64,000 nucleotides of DNA, taken from positions 113,584,001 to 113,648,000 of the forward strand of contig NC_043001.1 of the NCBI RefSeq assembly GCF_006345805.1, in the 5' to 3' direction. Under the pieces are notes generated by a model. That model was not told the DNA's origin. It ran no database searches and was given only the letters and a program-made list of their open reading frames with translations. This document shows, one piece after another, positions 49,311-63,205 of the stretch. The stretch is from Octopus sinensis (lineage: Eukaryota). Position numbers and translations under genes: made by a program. Every line of letters begins with the position of its first letter. Within the stretch, counting starts at the first letter, position 1.

Positions 49311-49693
49311 TATATATATTATATATATATATATATATGTATGGATGTATGTATGTATGTACGTATGTAAGTCTATATGTATGTCTGTATGCATATATGT
49401 ATGCATATAAGCATATATGTATGTATGTGTGCGCCTGTGTGTGTACGGATTAAAACAGTTTGATTTAAATTCATTGGTACTCTTGAGTTTCAAGTGTGAT
49501 GGTAGTCGTCAGCCATTTAAAATGGCTGACGTCTAGTATTACGCTTCAAACTCAAGACTACCAATGAATTTGAATGAAACTGTTTCGATCCATACATGCA
49601 ACTCCCAATCAGTTGGTTTAGTGCGCCTCTTTCGTTTGTTCACTCACTCGTATATATAAGTATGTATATACATATATATGTATGTATGTGTAT

Positions 49694-49746
<53 letters not shown>

Positions 49747-50000
49747 TCATTTACACTTCTTCCATTTGGGTAAGATCAACAAAGGCCTATCCCATTTGGT
49801 GACAGATAAATATCATTTAATGTACAAAGTAATAAAGATTCGAGCTTCTAATAGTTTGCTGCCGTGAAGAGGTGAGTCCATGCGTGTTGTAAAATCCTCC
49901 GCCGAGACATGTTACAAAAACCTGTCAAAACACGTGTCTTCACAGCAAGATTTTATCAGTGGCTCGTATCTTTATACTATGTAAATCAAATGAGACACAC

Positions 50001-50045
<45 letters not shown>

Positions 50046-50189
50046 TATAAAATGATTAACCCCAAACAAGAAAATATGCTTCAACACACGAATTCACATA
50101 AAGAATATTGCAAACCAAATAAAAAACAAAATATATATGCGTGAGTGTGTGTATGCGTGTGTTGCGCGCGTGTGTGTGTGAGTGTGTGT

Positions 50190-50220
<31 letters not shown>

Positions 50221-51434
50221 CGTGCGTGTGTGTCTGTGTGTGTTTGCGGTTGTGTGTTTTAAGAAGTGTGCTTCTCGACTACATGGCTCCCGGTTCATGT
50301 ACGGCTACTTGGGCAAGTGTCGACGTACAGAAATTTAAGCAAGTGTCTTCTACTATATAGGTATTAAAAATAAAAGGAAAATACTCAGATTAGGCAAACC
50401 ACTATTAACACATATGTGTGCGGATTTGACCAAGATAGAGTTCGTCCAAAAGTATAAAATATGGTAATATATCGAACATAGAAACGTATATGAATATTAA
50501 TATATATATATATATATATATAAAAGTTTCTAAATTTTGAGCTATATACCGTTGTATTTTGAACTGTTATACGACTTTTGCTGTTTTCTTTATCTCTTAG
50601 ACACATTGACTGCTTTAGCAGGTCCATTTCTTGTACGAAATCCCTTTGTTTATGGGCGAATTATTTTCCTTTGTGGAAAATTTTTTCACACAGTCAGTAC
50701 TATATGGAAGTTGGCGTCTCCCAATATAGAACTTCAGATTGCATCTTGAAGGATTTGTACGAACAAATGTTACCCTGCCTACCGTTTTGCCAGACGACGG
50801 AAAGAGAAAGACATACCAGATAATGATAAAACCGAATTGAAACACATATTGGTAATGGACAAATAAACTACACGTCCGCCGTGGCCGGCGTCACTAGCAA
50901 GTCAGCACGGTGAGCCCGAAAACTATAAAAGCTTATTGCAAAGGGAAGGATCGAACATGAAGCTGACTTCCACAGAAGTAATGTACAACACAACACGCAA
51001 AACAATAGTTTACAGAACGCTGTCCCCTACTACCAATTTGGCGCGACATAAGGTACGTAAATAGAGGAAGGCGTTTCGGCAGAGTAGAAGTGAGATTCGC
51101 TTCCGAAGATGAGGCAAAGGAACACTCTATGTTTCCCTCATAGTCAGCAGATCTGGTGTTACCGCCGACTTGCCTTGGAATGCGAACATCGAAATTAAAG
51201 ATAGGGGAAGTCCCATCAGAAATCGATACGGTGCAGCTGGTGGCAGTCGCACTGCTAAATCTGGAGGATAGAGTTCCTATCCTTCAGGCCACCAGGCTCC
51301 GCCAACAGAACTGAAGGGGCAATGTCTGGAGATAATAATCCAGGTCACTCAGAGGGACTTGGGAAAAACACCAGAGCGAACAATACTTCCGGACGAGACC
51401 ACACTAAGAGTCGTGGTAGAGGAAAGAGGTCAAA

Positions 51435-51655
51435 AGGCGGTGTGCATGGTGTGCATGGCCGCTGTCAAATGACTGAAACAACCACATAGTTCTGAGTTCA
51501 GTCCTACTGCGTAGCAACTTGGGTAAGTGACTTCTAGTACAGACTCGGGCTGACCAAAGCCAGTGAGTGGATTTAGTATACGTAAATGAAAGAATTCTGT
51601 GGTATATATATATGTATATATGTATATGTATGTATATATGCATATGTATATATGC

Positions 51656-51703
<48 letters not shown>

Positions 51704-51934
51704 CCTGTGTGTGTTTGTCTTTGTGTGTATGTTTTCCCCCACTACTGCTTGATAACCGGCGTTGGTGTGTTCACGACAGCGTAAGCTAGCGGTTGGGCAA
51801 AAGATATCAATAGAATAAGTACTAAGCTTAAAAAAAGGAAGTCTTGGAATCGATTTGTCCAACTAAATTCCTTAAAAGTAGTGCTCCAGCGTGGCTGCTG
51901 TCAAAGGATTGAAACAATTATAAGAAATAAAAGA
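51435..51934 (+). mobile_element. SINE A: tail fragment fused to a head-truncated copy
   Basis: ..CAAATGACTGAAAC/AACCACATAGTTCTGAG.. junction at ~51480. Confidence 0.7.
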
Positions 51935-52419
51935 AATACCTATGTATATATCATATAAAAAAGACATTAAATAATTAAATGTAATATTTCACTTTTCTCG
52001 GGTCATCCTTGTCATTATTTGCAAGAATAAAACAGCGTCTTTCGTTATAAATGACATGCAAGAGGCAATATTTATATAAGATTATATCAATGACAAGTAC
52101 AAAAACTCTGACATTTCAGGTCCAACGGCATAAATACGAAAATAAGAATTTTCTACCGAGCACTTCACATTGCAAATAACAGTTTCATGTGACCTTTTCG
52201 GAGATTAGCGTCTTGAAAAAACTGAAGTAGTGAAATATTCAGTCAATGGCATTTCATCAGTGTGTCTAGCATAGTTGTATATTTTGTATGTATTAAACTG
52301 TGTCGTTGATAAACTTTCCTTTACTCAGCTGCAAGTGGTTTACAATCGCTGAACCAGAAGAACTTACAAGGAAACGCTTCTTTCATTTTATTTCAAATCA
52401 TATTATACTTTATAGTATG

Positions 52420-52655
52420 CATATATGTATGTTATGCATGTATGTATGTATGTATGTATGTATGTATGTATGTATGTATGTATGTATGTATGTATGTATG
52501 TATGTATATGCATATATACATATATGTATAAATATGTATACATATATGTGTATATATATGTGTGCATATATGTATGTATATATATATGTATGTATATATA
52601 TATGTACATATATATGTATATATATATGTATATATATATGTATATATATATATGT

Positions 52656-52696
<41 letters not shown>

Positions 52697-52790
52697 TGCA
52701 TATATATGTATATGTATATGTATATATTATATATATATATATTATATATATATATATTATATATATCATACAAACATACATACATACATA
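52420..52790. repeat. (TATG)n/(TA)n compound microsatellite
   Basis: Directly visible. Confidence 0.95.
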
Positions 52791-52794
52791 CTAT

Positions 52795-52990
52795 ATAAGC
52801 AAATCAAGAATAAAAACGAACACACAAAAGTCAAAGGACGTGCAACAGGTGAATGTATTAGGTTGACGCTCTATTTCCGATGGAAAAAAGAGTAGAAGGT
52901 GACATTTCGGGCATGGCTCTTCGTCATTAAGAGGAAAGGGAAACGGTTCGGCGAGAAGGAAAAGAATATTTCGAGGAGAACTCGTGTGTG
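52795..52990 (-). mobile_element. Family P2-related element, degenerate hammerhead
   Basis: AGGACGTGCAACAGG..GACGCTC..ACATTTCGGGCATGGCTCTTCGTCA, same layout as 14668-14878. Confidence 0.5.
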
Positions 52991-53037
52991 TTTGCACGAC
53001 TGAAATGACGGGAAATAACACACACCACACACACACA

Positions 53038-53077
<40 letters not shown>

Positions 53078-53772
53078 TACAAACGCATACGCACATATAT
53101 GTACAAGTTTAAGAAACTAAACAGAAACTCAGGCAGAACGAACAAAAAGCCATACACGACATGGACATGCTGTTTCCTCGTCAGTTGTCGTCCCCCCCAA
53201 AAAATCATTACACTTTCAAACCTGTAATGATAATATTGTTCATTTTTGGTGATGTCAACAGCGATACGCGGCAGGGAATAATGAGTGATCCTTGCTGACA
53301 CTGATGAAAACAAATACGTATACAACACAAGTAAAATATAGATATACAAACAACGCAAATTATTGTCTATATAAACAAAATAAAGGCCATATCGTTCTAA
53401 GACAAGACGTTGGTATAAGTAACACAATGGAAAATGTCCTATAGAACTTTAAAGATGAAAATGTAGAAAGAAAAAGGAAAAGGGGAACAGTGAAAGATGA
53501 ACGCGAAAGCCCGAGAGATGCATATCTGGACGAATCAGCGATCAAGTGAAATATGAAAATTGAAAAGAGAAATAGGAAGGTCACGTGTCACGTGTTAGAG
53601 GGAGGAGAGAAAAAGTGGTGGTGTGCAGAGTGAGAAGAAGAGAGAGAGAGAGAGGTAAAGTGATGAGAGAGGGAAGGAGAGAAAGGAAGAGAAAAGAGAA
53701 AAGAAAGAGTCGTCGTCTCATATATTTCTACTACATAGGGTGACAAAGAGAAAATAGGTATGTAGCGTTACA

Positions 53773-54000
53773 AGGCGGCGAGCTAGCAGAATCGTTAGCA
53801 CGTCGGGCGAAATGCTTAGCGGTATTTCGGCTGCCGTTACGTTGTGAGTTCAAATTCCGCCGAGGTCGACTTTGCCTTTCATCCTTTCGGGGTCGATAAA
53901 TTAAGTACCAGTTAAGCACTGGGGTCGATATAATTGACTTAATACCTATGTCTGTCCATGTTTGTCTCGTCTATGTTTAGCCCCTTGTGGGTAGTAAAGA
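53773..54000 (+). mobile_element. SINE family B, full length, 21-bp flanking direct repeat
   Basis: AAATAGGTATGTAGCGTTACA at 53752-53772 and 54000-54020. Confidence 0.92.
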
Positions 54001-54291
54001 AATAGGTATGTAGCGTTACATTCAATGATAAGTTTCGAAATTTAAACAGAAGCGCGACAAACAAGAATATTTACGTAGAAGACATGAACATTCGCTTTCC
54101 TCGTCAGTTATCGTTCAAAGAATCATTACGATTTCACACCTTTAATAAACATATAATTCCGACGACCTAATGTACACGAACAGACTTAATACGATTGGAC
54201 GCAATGTATATTTCATTCTACGCTGTTTCGTCCATTTTGTATTTTATCTCTATCTATCCACATACACACATTTATGTACATACGCAATCTT

Positions 54292-54753
54292 TTTCTTTTA
54301 ACTGTTACTTATTTTATTCATTTGACTGCGGCCGTGCTGGGACAACCCTTTGAAGGGTTTTAGTTGAACAAATCGACCTCAGGACGTCATTTTTAAAGCC
54401 TAGTACTTATTCTATCGGTCTCTTTTGTCAGTTGTGAAGCGGTCTCTTTTGTCAGTTGTGAAGCGGTAGTGGGGCAAACACGGACACAATCAGAGACACA
54501 TACTCACACACAGACATACACAGGTACACACAGATACAGACACACACAAGCACACACATACAAGCATATATATATATATATATAATATATATATATATAT
54601 ACGAAGAGCTTCTTTCAGTTTCCGCCTACCAAAATCCACTGACAAGGCTTTGGTCGCCCCAAAGCTTTAGTAGAAGACACTTGCACAAAGTGCCATGCAG
54701 TGGGACTGAAACCGGGACCATGTGGTTGGGAAGGAAGCAGCTCACAAAGAGCC
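54292..54753 (-). mobile_element. SINE family A, diverged, with 24-bp internal duplication
   Basis: CGGTCTCTTTTGTCAGTTGTGAAG x2 at ~54417-54465. Confidence 0.8.
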
Positions 54754-54839
54754 CGCCTGCAGATATATACGTATGTATGTATCCATGTATATAGTATGTA
54801 TGTATGTATGTATATATGTATGTATGTAGTATGTGTGCA

Positions 54840-55147
54840 GGGCGCGTGGCTTAGTGGTTAGGAGGCTCATGATCGTAAGGTTGTGAGTTCGATTCCGGCG
54901 GCGACGCGTTGGTCCTTGAGCAAGACACTTTATTTCACGTTGCTCCAGTCCACTCGCTGGCAAAAAGGAGTGTACTTGTATTTCAAAGGGTCAGCCTTGT
55001 CACTCTCTGTGTCACGCTGATTATCCCCGAAACTACGTTAAGGGTACCACGTGTCTGTGGACATGCTCAGCCATTTGCACGTTAATTTCACGAGCAAGCT
55101 GTTCCGTTGATCGTATCAGCTTGACCTCGTGTCGTAACGGCGGAGTC
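54840..55147 (+). mobile_element. SINE family C-related copy
   Basis: TGGCTTAGTGG and GAGTTCGATTCC boxes, TTGAGCAAGACACTTTATTTCACGTTGCTCCAG core. Confidence 0.75.
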
Positions 55148-55766
55148 TTGAAAATGTTAGTATGTATGTATATACATGAGCGTGTGTTTGTGTGTACAGA
55201 TAGGTAGGTAGATCTATGCTTTTATTACACACGCTCCCAATACGGGTGTCTTTGCGCAGCCCATGTCTGTATTAGAGTTCTTTGTTGCTTGATCTTTAGT
55301 TCGAACTTAAACTGATATTACTAAAGATGTAGTCGAAAGCTGACGTCCAGTGAGCAAACAGTTGAATTTATTTCAAAAGGCAGCTTCAATTCTTCCGAGA
55401 TAGACCTGTTGCACTATTACAGTTAGAGCGTCGGATAATTCACATCGAACGCCATTAAGATAAATCACGTGCAGGTGTCCAAGCGAATGCTGAAAATCTA
55501 CTCGATGTCGAGTGATAGACGATGGCAAAGTCAGCTATATAATTGCTCGCGAGAATATAATGTTGACAGAGACCATAATGAATTGCCAGCGAAAAGTTGT
55601 TCCGGTTTTATTAGGCTCCAACTAAATGGATTGAAATGAAAGTCAACAAGGCTTCTATATATGGAAAGCTGCTGTATTCATTTAGCCAAGCACATTAATC
55701 TGTATTGATGGTTGATTATTGAATGTTCATATTCCTTCGCAGACACACACACAAAATATATACGTA

Positions 55767-55808
<42 letters not shown>

Positions 55809-55879
55809 ATACATATATATATATATGCATACATATATATGTATGTATACATACATATGCGCATACACACACCCACACC

Positions 55880-55916
<37 letters not shown>

Positions 55917-56407
55917 GGATGTGTGTGTGTGTATGACATATGAGTGTGTTTGTGTGGATATTTTTATGTTTTAATGTTATTATATCTCCAAATCAAATTA
56001 TATTTTGCTATTAGGTATACTGAATGAATTTGTGAAAGTCGGTATATATATATATTTTTTTTTTCAAAATAATGTTTTAGAAATGGCGTAAAAAATAAAA
56101 ATAAAAGCAAAACATTCTCCGAGAATGACGGACAGGACAGCGTACAATATCATTAACATGTTGTTTAGTAACAGTAATAAGTATGAAGGACAATGTTACA
56201 TACACGCATATACATACATACATACATACATACATACATACATACATACATACATACATACACACAAACATAGATACACATCATTTATGTATACATACAG
56301 ACATATTCACACATAATTGCATGTATATATATATGTATATATATATATGCATTTATGTATTATATACATATCTGTCTATCTATTATCTATTAATGTACAT
56401 ATATATA

Positions 56408-56452
<45 letters not shown>

Positions 56453-57639
56453 ATATACATATATATACATACATATATACATATACATATACATATATGC
56501 GTACATATATGTGTGTGTATATATATATATATATATATAATATAGACATATATATACGCACTAGATGGAAATATATCTGCTGCTACTAAATTAAGGATAT
56601 TTTTTTATTTATATACATATATTCTCTTAATATTTTTGTTTTGTTAACTGCCCAGAGGTATATATGTATGTATATATATATATATATATATATACACATA
56701 AACATATATATATATGAATATATGATTTATATTTATATGCATATCTATCTGTCCACATATATATATACATATACATACACACACATATATATACATATAT
56801 ATATGTGTATGTGTGTATACATATATACATATGCATATATATGTATGCTTGCATGCATACATACATATAATGGGCATACACATACAGGCATGCTTTCAAT
56901 AAGCGTAGATATTTGCAATGTAAACGCGTTAAAAGATGCGTTAACACTCTTCCTCTCTCTCGTCAACTCGCGTGACTACAATTACATGCCTTAATAACAG
57001 TTGGGTTTTATTGCCAAATATAACAAACTACGATGATGGTATTATTGAATTATTTAGCAAAGTCACTGATGAATTTCAGTTTCATTTCCTTCTAGTTGAT
57101 ATTAATTATATTTCGACATTGTCCAAGACACTGACGCTCATTTACAGTGCTACATTGATTGAACTATAGAAACGTATCATAAATTATATATTAAATATCA
57201 GAATATATTTTAAAATAGATTGTTAGATACTAGTAAACATCGTAAAGTAAGAAATAAATTCTTAGCGGATCGAATCACTATGAGTCTCTTTTATTGTCGT
57301 TTGGAACTAGTTTGCATTAGTAACGTCAGTGAGATTGACAGAATCGTCATAAAATACTCATTTCTTACCAATCCTAAAATATTGAGCTGGGTTGAAAGCA
57401 ATAACGGTTTTAATTAGATTGATCATATAATGTGAGAGCCAAGATTTATGCATTTTCAGGCTGTATAATCCTCATGTTAGGTCATACGTTTATAGGATTA
57501 GAAACACATTATAGTGTCTAGGAGCTTTACAAATTAGTCACATGAGACTCAATATGCGATTAGATGCATTTCTCTTTCACTTACTAACTATGCCGCTCAT
57601 TTGAGAGACTCTTTGCTATACATGCGTCCATGTTATAAT

Positions 57640-57866
57640 AAGATCTGGTAGAATCGTTAGCACGCCGGGCGAAATGCGTAGCAGTATTTCGCCTGCTGTT
57701 ACGTTCTGAGTTCAAATTCCACCGAGGTCGACTTTGCCTTTCATCCTTTCGGGGTCGATAAATAAAGTACCATCTACGCACTGGGGTCGATGTAATCGAC
57801 TTAATCCGTTTGTCTGTCTTTGTTTGTCCCCTCTATGTTTAGCCCCTTGTGGGCAATAAAGAAATA
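57640..57866 (+). mobile_element. SINE family B with 10-bp TSD TATAATAAGA
   Basis: TSD at 57634-57643 and 57867-57876. Confidence 0.9.
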
Positions 57867-58654
57867 TATAATAAGAACCGGAGGTTAAAATAGAGGTCTC
57901 TTTTGTACAGAATGGAAGAGAAAAGCACTCTATTTTCACCTGGTCTGCCGGTTTAACATGTGTGGCTAACCCAGTGGTTCCCATTGTGCAGCATACACTC
58001 CACCGGTTAGGCGTATGCAGAAGGTGGCGGCGTATGCAGGTTTTCTTTGAAGTGGTTCACTTTGTTTTCTTAGTCAGTAAGGTACTTTTTTGTACTCAGT
58101 ACATAATAAAATACTTACCTACAGATTCTTTTGTATTATATATTGTGATATAATATTAAAAATAAAGTAGTTTTTTTGCCACTCATCGCTTGGGTATATA
58201 TTTTTCTGGAAAGCTATAGTGGGACCTACGGGAAGATAAGGTTTGGTAACAGTGGTCTAACATGTTAAGTTGTATAGAAAAGTTAAGTAGAGAAATGAAG
58301 TAGTTGATAAGAAAGACTGATAAACTGGCAGAAACAAAACCATTCTAAAGTTAACCTTTTCCCTGGTCCATCCTGTAGAGAGAGATAACCTGGGTCTGTT
58401 TGGAAACTTATGTGAAAAATACGATTCCTTAGTGTTTCGTGTGAAACTTAGTTTAAAATTTATCATTTCCTAAGGCTTTTAGTTTGTTTAGTACTATGCC
58501 TGAGAATATACTGAAGAACAAATGTATGGAATCTGCATGTTTCAGAAGTAGCCAATGAAATATGAAAGATGAAAGGTGCAGAAACAGTATATATGCACGC
58601 GTGCACGCACACACACACACACACACACACATCACACACACACACACACACACA

Positions 58655-58692
<38 letters not shown>

Positions 58693-59345
58693 ATTTAAAC
58701 TAGAATTGGAGTAAATTGATACACCTTTCGTGATATTTCGCTGAACAAACGAACCTTTCAAAACGCTGCTTCAATTCTTCTGCGATAGACTTTTTTAAAG
58801 AGGAATTTTAATAATACAATGTCGTCGAAGAAAGAAGAATTAGAAAGTGTGTGTGTGTTTGTACGTATGCTTGTGTGTGTGTAAAAGAAGGAGAGAGAGA
58901 AAGAGAGAGAACGAGAGTTTGAGACACAGAGAGAGAGAGAGATAGGTAGAGAGAGATACAGAGAGACAGAGACAGAGAGAGAGAGTGATAGTTAGTGAGT
59001 TAGCAAGTTAGTTTGAAACAAGAAGAGACGAGGAAAGCTTTAGCAGTTATCAGTCTTTCACTATCTCTGTACAGAAATCCTCTTTGTTTTATCCGAAGGT
59101 AACATTGGAGCAGCGATGTTTTTCTTTATGTAATCTCTGTGCAATGATTTTGGACTTGCGTGCAGATTTTGCAAAGCCTAGTTCAAAAATGGTGACGTTG
59201 CTTTTGAATACAAATTCGACACGCGCGTGTACACACACACAGACACACACACACATTTAAATGTACATGCGGATGGAGTAAGCACCTTCAATTTGAAACT
59301 TATTTCAAGGAAAATTGATTTAGTACTAACAGAAAAAAATAACAG

Positions 59346-59414
<69 letters not shown>

Positions 59415-59420
59415 TAATAA

Positions 59421-59750
59421 TGGCTGATGATATGTGCATCTCTAGTCACGAGTAGAAGTAGTGGGGAAGCATCATAGCCATGTGTTGAGAAGAATTCTTT
59501 GGGGTTTGGATAATTCACCTTTGGAAACATGGGTGTTTCGCTACTCGACCTGAAGAAAATTCTAACTGGGCTCCACCTGTAAGGTCATGCTCTGTTTATC
59601 TTGATATGAAATCACCATGTCGCGCACATATGACTGTGAGGCATGTATATGTCTGGTGTACCCTTATCAGCAAGGTAGTCATGATGGATATACTGGGTTT
59701 CGTATATTTACCCCAGTGTCACTTTGATGGCATACACTGCTCTCTCATTC
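59421..59750 (+). mobile_element. Element X, 5'-truncated and internally deleted copy
   Basis: Colinear with ~6150-6526. Follows (AAT)n. Confidence 0.75.
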
Positions 59751-59763
59751 AATTATAATAATA

Positions 59764-59948
59764 AACACCAGGATTTACGACTATATATAACATATAGAAA
59801 ATAGCACTTCTTGGCACCCCGCGCATCCTACGTAAAGCACTTTCAACAGAGAGAAAATAAGAACACAAGAAGCAACTTCACATATCCAAGGCACACAGAA
59901 CTGCGCTCGGTAGTGCAATGAACGCATGTGATAAAAATAAGACTACTG
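59764..59948 (+). mobile_element. Dong-like family D1, diverged 3' module
   Basis: AAACACCAGGA..GCTCGGTAGTG..AAAATAAGACTACTG followed by AATAATAAT. Confidence 0.75.
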
Positions 59949-59989
59949 AATAATAATAATTATGATAATTAAATTAAATTAACCTGTTA

Positions 59990-60170
59990 AGTCCTCTGGG
60001 ATTTCCCAATCCAAACGGACCAGGTACTCGAGTGTAACAAATCGCACGTAGTGGTGGACAAGGTGACTCATATGTGCTCTATAATGGATGTTGGCTGCCT
60101 ATTTGAGCAACGAATAAACAACGAAGGCTATAAAATGGACATATATAACCCCCTTAAATACGACTGTAGA
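59990..60170 (+). pseudogene. Old RLE endonuclease remnant
   Basis: QTDQVLECNKSHVVVDKVTHMCSIMDVGCLFEQRI resembles IQTD..I.HNRPDIVVVDK..C.IIDVACP.D.RI. Confidence 0.55.
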
Positions 60171-60299
60171 AAATGAAGAAGGTGAAGGAAGAGTCAATCA
60201 TTGTTGCGTCCTTGGGACAATATCGGAAAATATCAAAAGGAATATTAAAAAATGGGAATGGAATGACCAGTAGAACTGTTTCAAAATGTTTTCCACCTT

Positions 60300-60827
60300 G
60301 TTGGCATGGCCAGAATCACCAGGAAAGTCTTAGATAGTTGAAAAGAATTGATATCATAGTACAGTGGGCTGCAAATAGCAAGCCCGTTATGCATGCAAAA
60401 CTCAAGGATACCAAAGCGACAAATGTAGAATGTGTGGTGAGAGGTGTGAAACGGCATGGCACATTGTTGGGGGAATGCTCGAATTTAGCACAACTCTATT
60501 ACAAAAGACGATATGAAAATGTGGCAAGACATCCATTGGGAACTCTGTGGAAGTTACGGCCAACAAAGAGGAAAAACGTGGTTTGAACAAATCCCTGAAG
60601 GAGTTACTGAGAATGAAGCCGGCAAAATCTTGTGGGATGCAATGATACAGAGTCACCATCCTATCAGATATCGGAAAGTTGACACTGTTGTGGTGAAAAT
60701 AAAAACGAAAAACTTGCATAATACTCGACGTAGCATGTCCCGCTGACAACAGGATCAAAGAGAAAGAAGAAGAAAAAATGAATTATTATGACGATTTGAA
60801 ATAGGAAATACGCAGGTTGTGGGCAAT

Positions 60828-60830
<3 letters not shown>
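60300..60830 (+). pseudogene. R4/Dong-like CCHC + RLE remnant
   Basis: SDKCRMCGERCETAWHIV..ECSNLAQLYYKRRYENVA..IHWELC..KILWDAMIQSHHPIRYRKVDTVVV..IILDVACPADNRIKEKEEEK..LK*EIRRLW. Confidence 0.85.
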
Positions 60831-60869
<39 letters not shown>

Positions 60870-61857
60870 CGGAGAGTGAGTGAGAGAGAGAGATTCCAAT
60901 ACATATCTGGGTGAGATTCATCAATAAAGGCGTTTAGACATTAGTGTTATATCTACAGATATGGATGCCTCTGTAGCTGATTCGATCTTCAGCGATGGGA
61001 ATTTGAAGCTGACAGTGTATCAGTTTATCGATTCCTCCATTGCGATATAGTCAATGTGAAGCAGACTCCTTAAGAGTTATCTGAAACTAGGTGCCAAAAG
61101 TCAACATTACTATCACGTTTCAATATTAATTATATAAAGCCATAGAAAAAAAATCATACTTTGCAGCTAGGATTCCTATAATTATATTCACGATATAGTT
61201 AGAAGCATGTGCACTCGTGTAGTGTACGCTGACTATACATATATCCATACACATACACATACAAGTATTGGTATTGCACGCAACATACAGAGTTAAAGAC
61301 ATTTGATAAGTTTACGTAATATACGTGTGAATACTACAAAGCGAAAGCAGAAAGGTGGAACTGCAGTGACAGAAATATACAGTTAAATATGAAACCCTAC
61401 TCAAGTACGTACGCCATATTAAAAGCAACATTCGTACTCACATAATCATACGTACGTGTACGCACTAATAGTAGAATGTATTAGTCATGGTTGTGTATGT
61501 ATATATGCATTTATAAATATATGTATATATGTATATATGGTTGTATATACACACACACACACATATGCATGCGCATAATTTAAGTATGACCTCCACTGAG
61601 GTCATATAAAGAGTTACCGTCACTACCTTCCTTTATGAAATGTATCAAATAAATATGCGTATTCAATAAGTAGGGGACAATTAAAGCTGTAATTTTAGGT
61701 TATTTTGAATTGTCTTTCAGGTAACATACGAAGCTAATGTTGCCAATTGGTTTACTGAATTGAGTTTTAACAAGCTCTGTATGTAATTCTTCATTATTGA
61801 TTATGTCAATTTTATTCAAAAATCATGTGATAACCTTTTCTTACACCCTATATGTTA

Positions 61858-62283
61858 GGCGCAGGAGTGGCTGTGGGGTAAGTAGCTTGTTTACCAACCA
61901 CATGGTTCCGGGTTCAGTTCCCACTGCGTGGCAACTTCAGCAGTGTCTTCTACTATAGCCTGGGCAACCAAAAGCCTTGTGAAGGGATTTTGGTAGACGG
62001 AAACTGAAAGAAGCCGTCGTATATACGTATATATATATATATAATATATATATAATATATATGCGTGCGTGTGTTTGTGTGTCTGTGTTTGTCCCCCTAG
62101 CATTGCATGACAACGATGCTGGTGTGTTTCTGTCTCCGTTACCTAGCGGTTCGGCAAAAGAGACCGATACAATAAGTACTGGGCTTACAAAAGAATAAGT
62201 CCCGGAGTCGAGTTGCTCGATTAAAGGCGGTGCTCCAGCATGGCCGCAGTCAAATGACTGAAACAAGTAAAAGAGTAAAAGAG
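61858..62283 (+). mobile_element. SINE family A, full length
   Basis: Complete from head to tail. Confidence 0.92.
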
Positions 62284-62793
62284 TATATGTTGGATCATTC
62301 TTAACTTAAATGTTTCACTTTCCATTAAAAGTTTTCAATGTTCCTCAGTTTTAACCTCATGGGACTTGATATTTTCTGCTCTATAAGATCTTCCTAAGCA
62401 ATTGATATTACAATAGTTCTTATTTTTTAATCATTTCTGGGCTGATTTGGAATTCAACTTTTGTGAGAAATCTCCTTCAAACAGACCCGACGAAATATCT
62501 GTGGCAAACTGTCAGGAGTTTCACAGACAATACTTTGCAATAAAAAATGAAACGGTGGAATTTCGTTTGTCCGCGCTTATTTGCTTTTAAAAGAGATTTC
62601 AGGTCGTATATGACAGGCTGGGTATTTAGTATTGAAAAATGTATTTCTCTGGTCTCTGTTACCTCATGTCTTCTGTATAAGATGGTGCATTCATACACGT
62701 TACTCTTTTCTCTCTTTTACTCTTTTACATGTTTCAGTCATTTGACTGCGGCCTAGAAGATGGGTTGGGTTTACTTCCCTGCTTGCAATATAT

Positions 62794-63205
62794 ACTCTTT
62801 TTACTCTTTTACTCTTTTACTCTTTTACCTGTTTCAGTCAACTTGACTGCGGCCATGCTGGAGCACCGCCTTTAGTCGAGCAAATCGACCCCGGGATTTA
62901 TTCTTTGTAAGCCCAGTACTTATTCTATCGGTCTCTTTTGCCGAACCGCTAAGTGACGGGGACGTAAACACACCAGCATCGGTTGTCAAGCAATGCTAGG
63001 GGTACAAACACATACATACATATACATATATATACATATATACGACTGGCTTCTTTCAGTTTCCGTCTACTAAATCCACTCACAAGGCATTGGTCGGCCC
63101 GGGGCTATAGCAGAAGACACTTGCCCAAGATGCCACGCAGTGGGACTGAACCCAGAACCATGTGGTTGGTTAGCAAGCTACTTACAACACAGCCACTCCT
63201 GCGCC
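62794..63205 (-). mobile_element. SINE family A, full length (extra tail fragment at 62702-62753)
   Basis: Complete reverse complement, ending CCTGCGCC. Confidence 0.92.

Noticed and set aside
49866-49880. Strong donor-like GAG/GTGAGT
   Set aside because: No open upstream exon of plausible length.
50600-51400. Possible RTE-type endonuclease remnant (ILGDANFH on the minus strand; similar hints at 40190-40640)
   Set aside because: A single short motif amid stops is too degraded to support a call.
53155-54150. CTGACGAG-GAAA motif on the minus strand in two ~75-bp direct repeats (53155, 54080)
   Set aside because: There is no stem II between CUGACGA and GAAA, so it cannot form a hammerhead. 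It is treated as an old repeat.
57971-58030. hAT-like terminus CAGTGGTTCCC
   Set aside because: No matching opposite terminus or 8-bp TSD was found.
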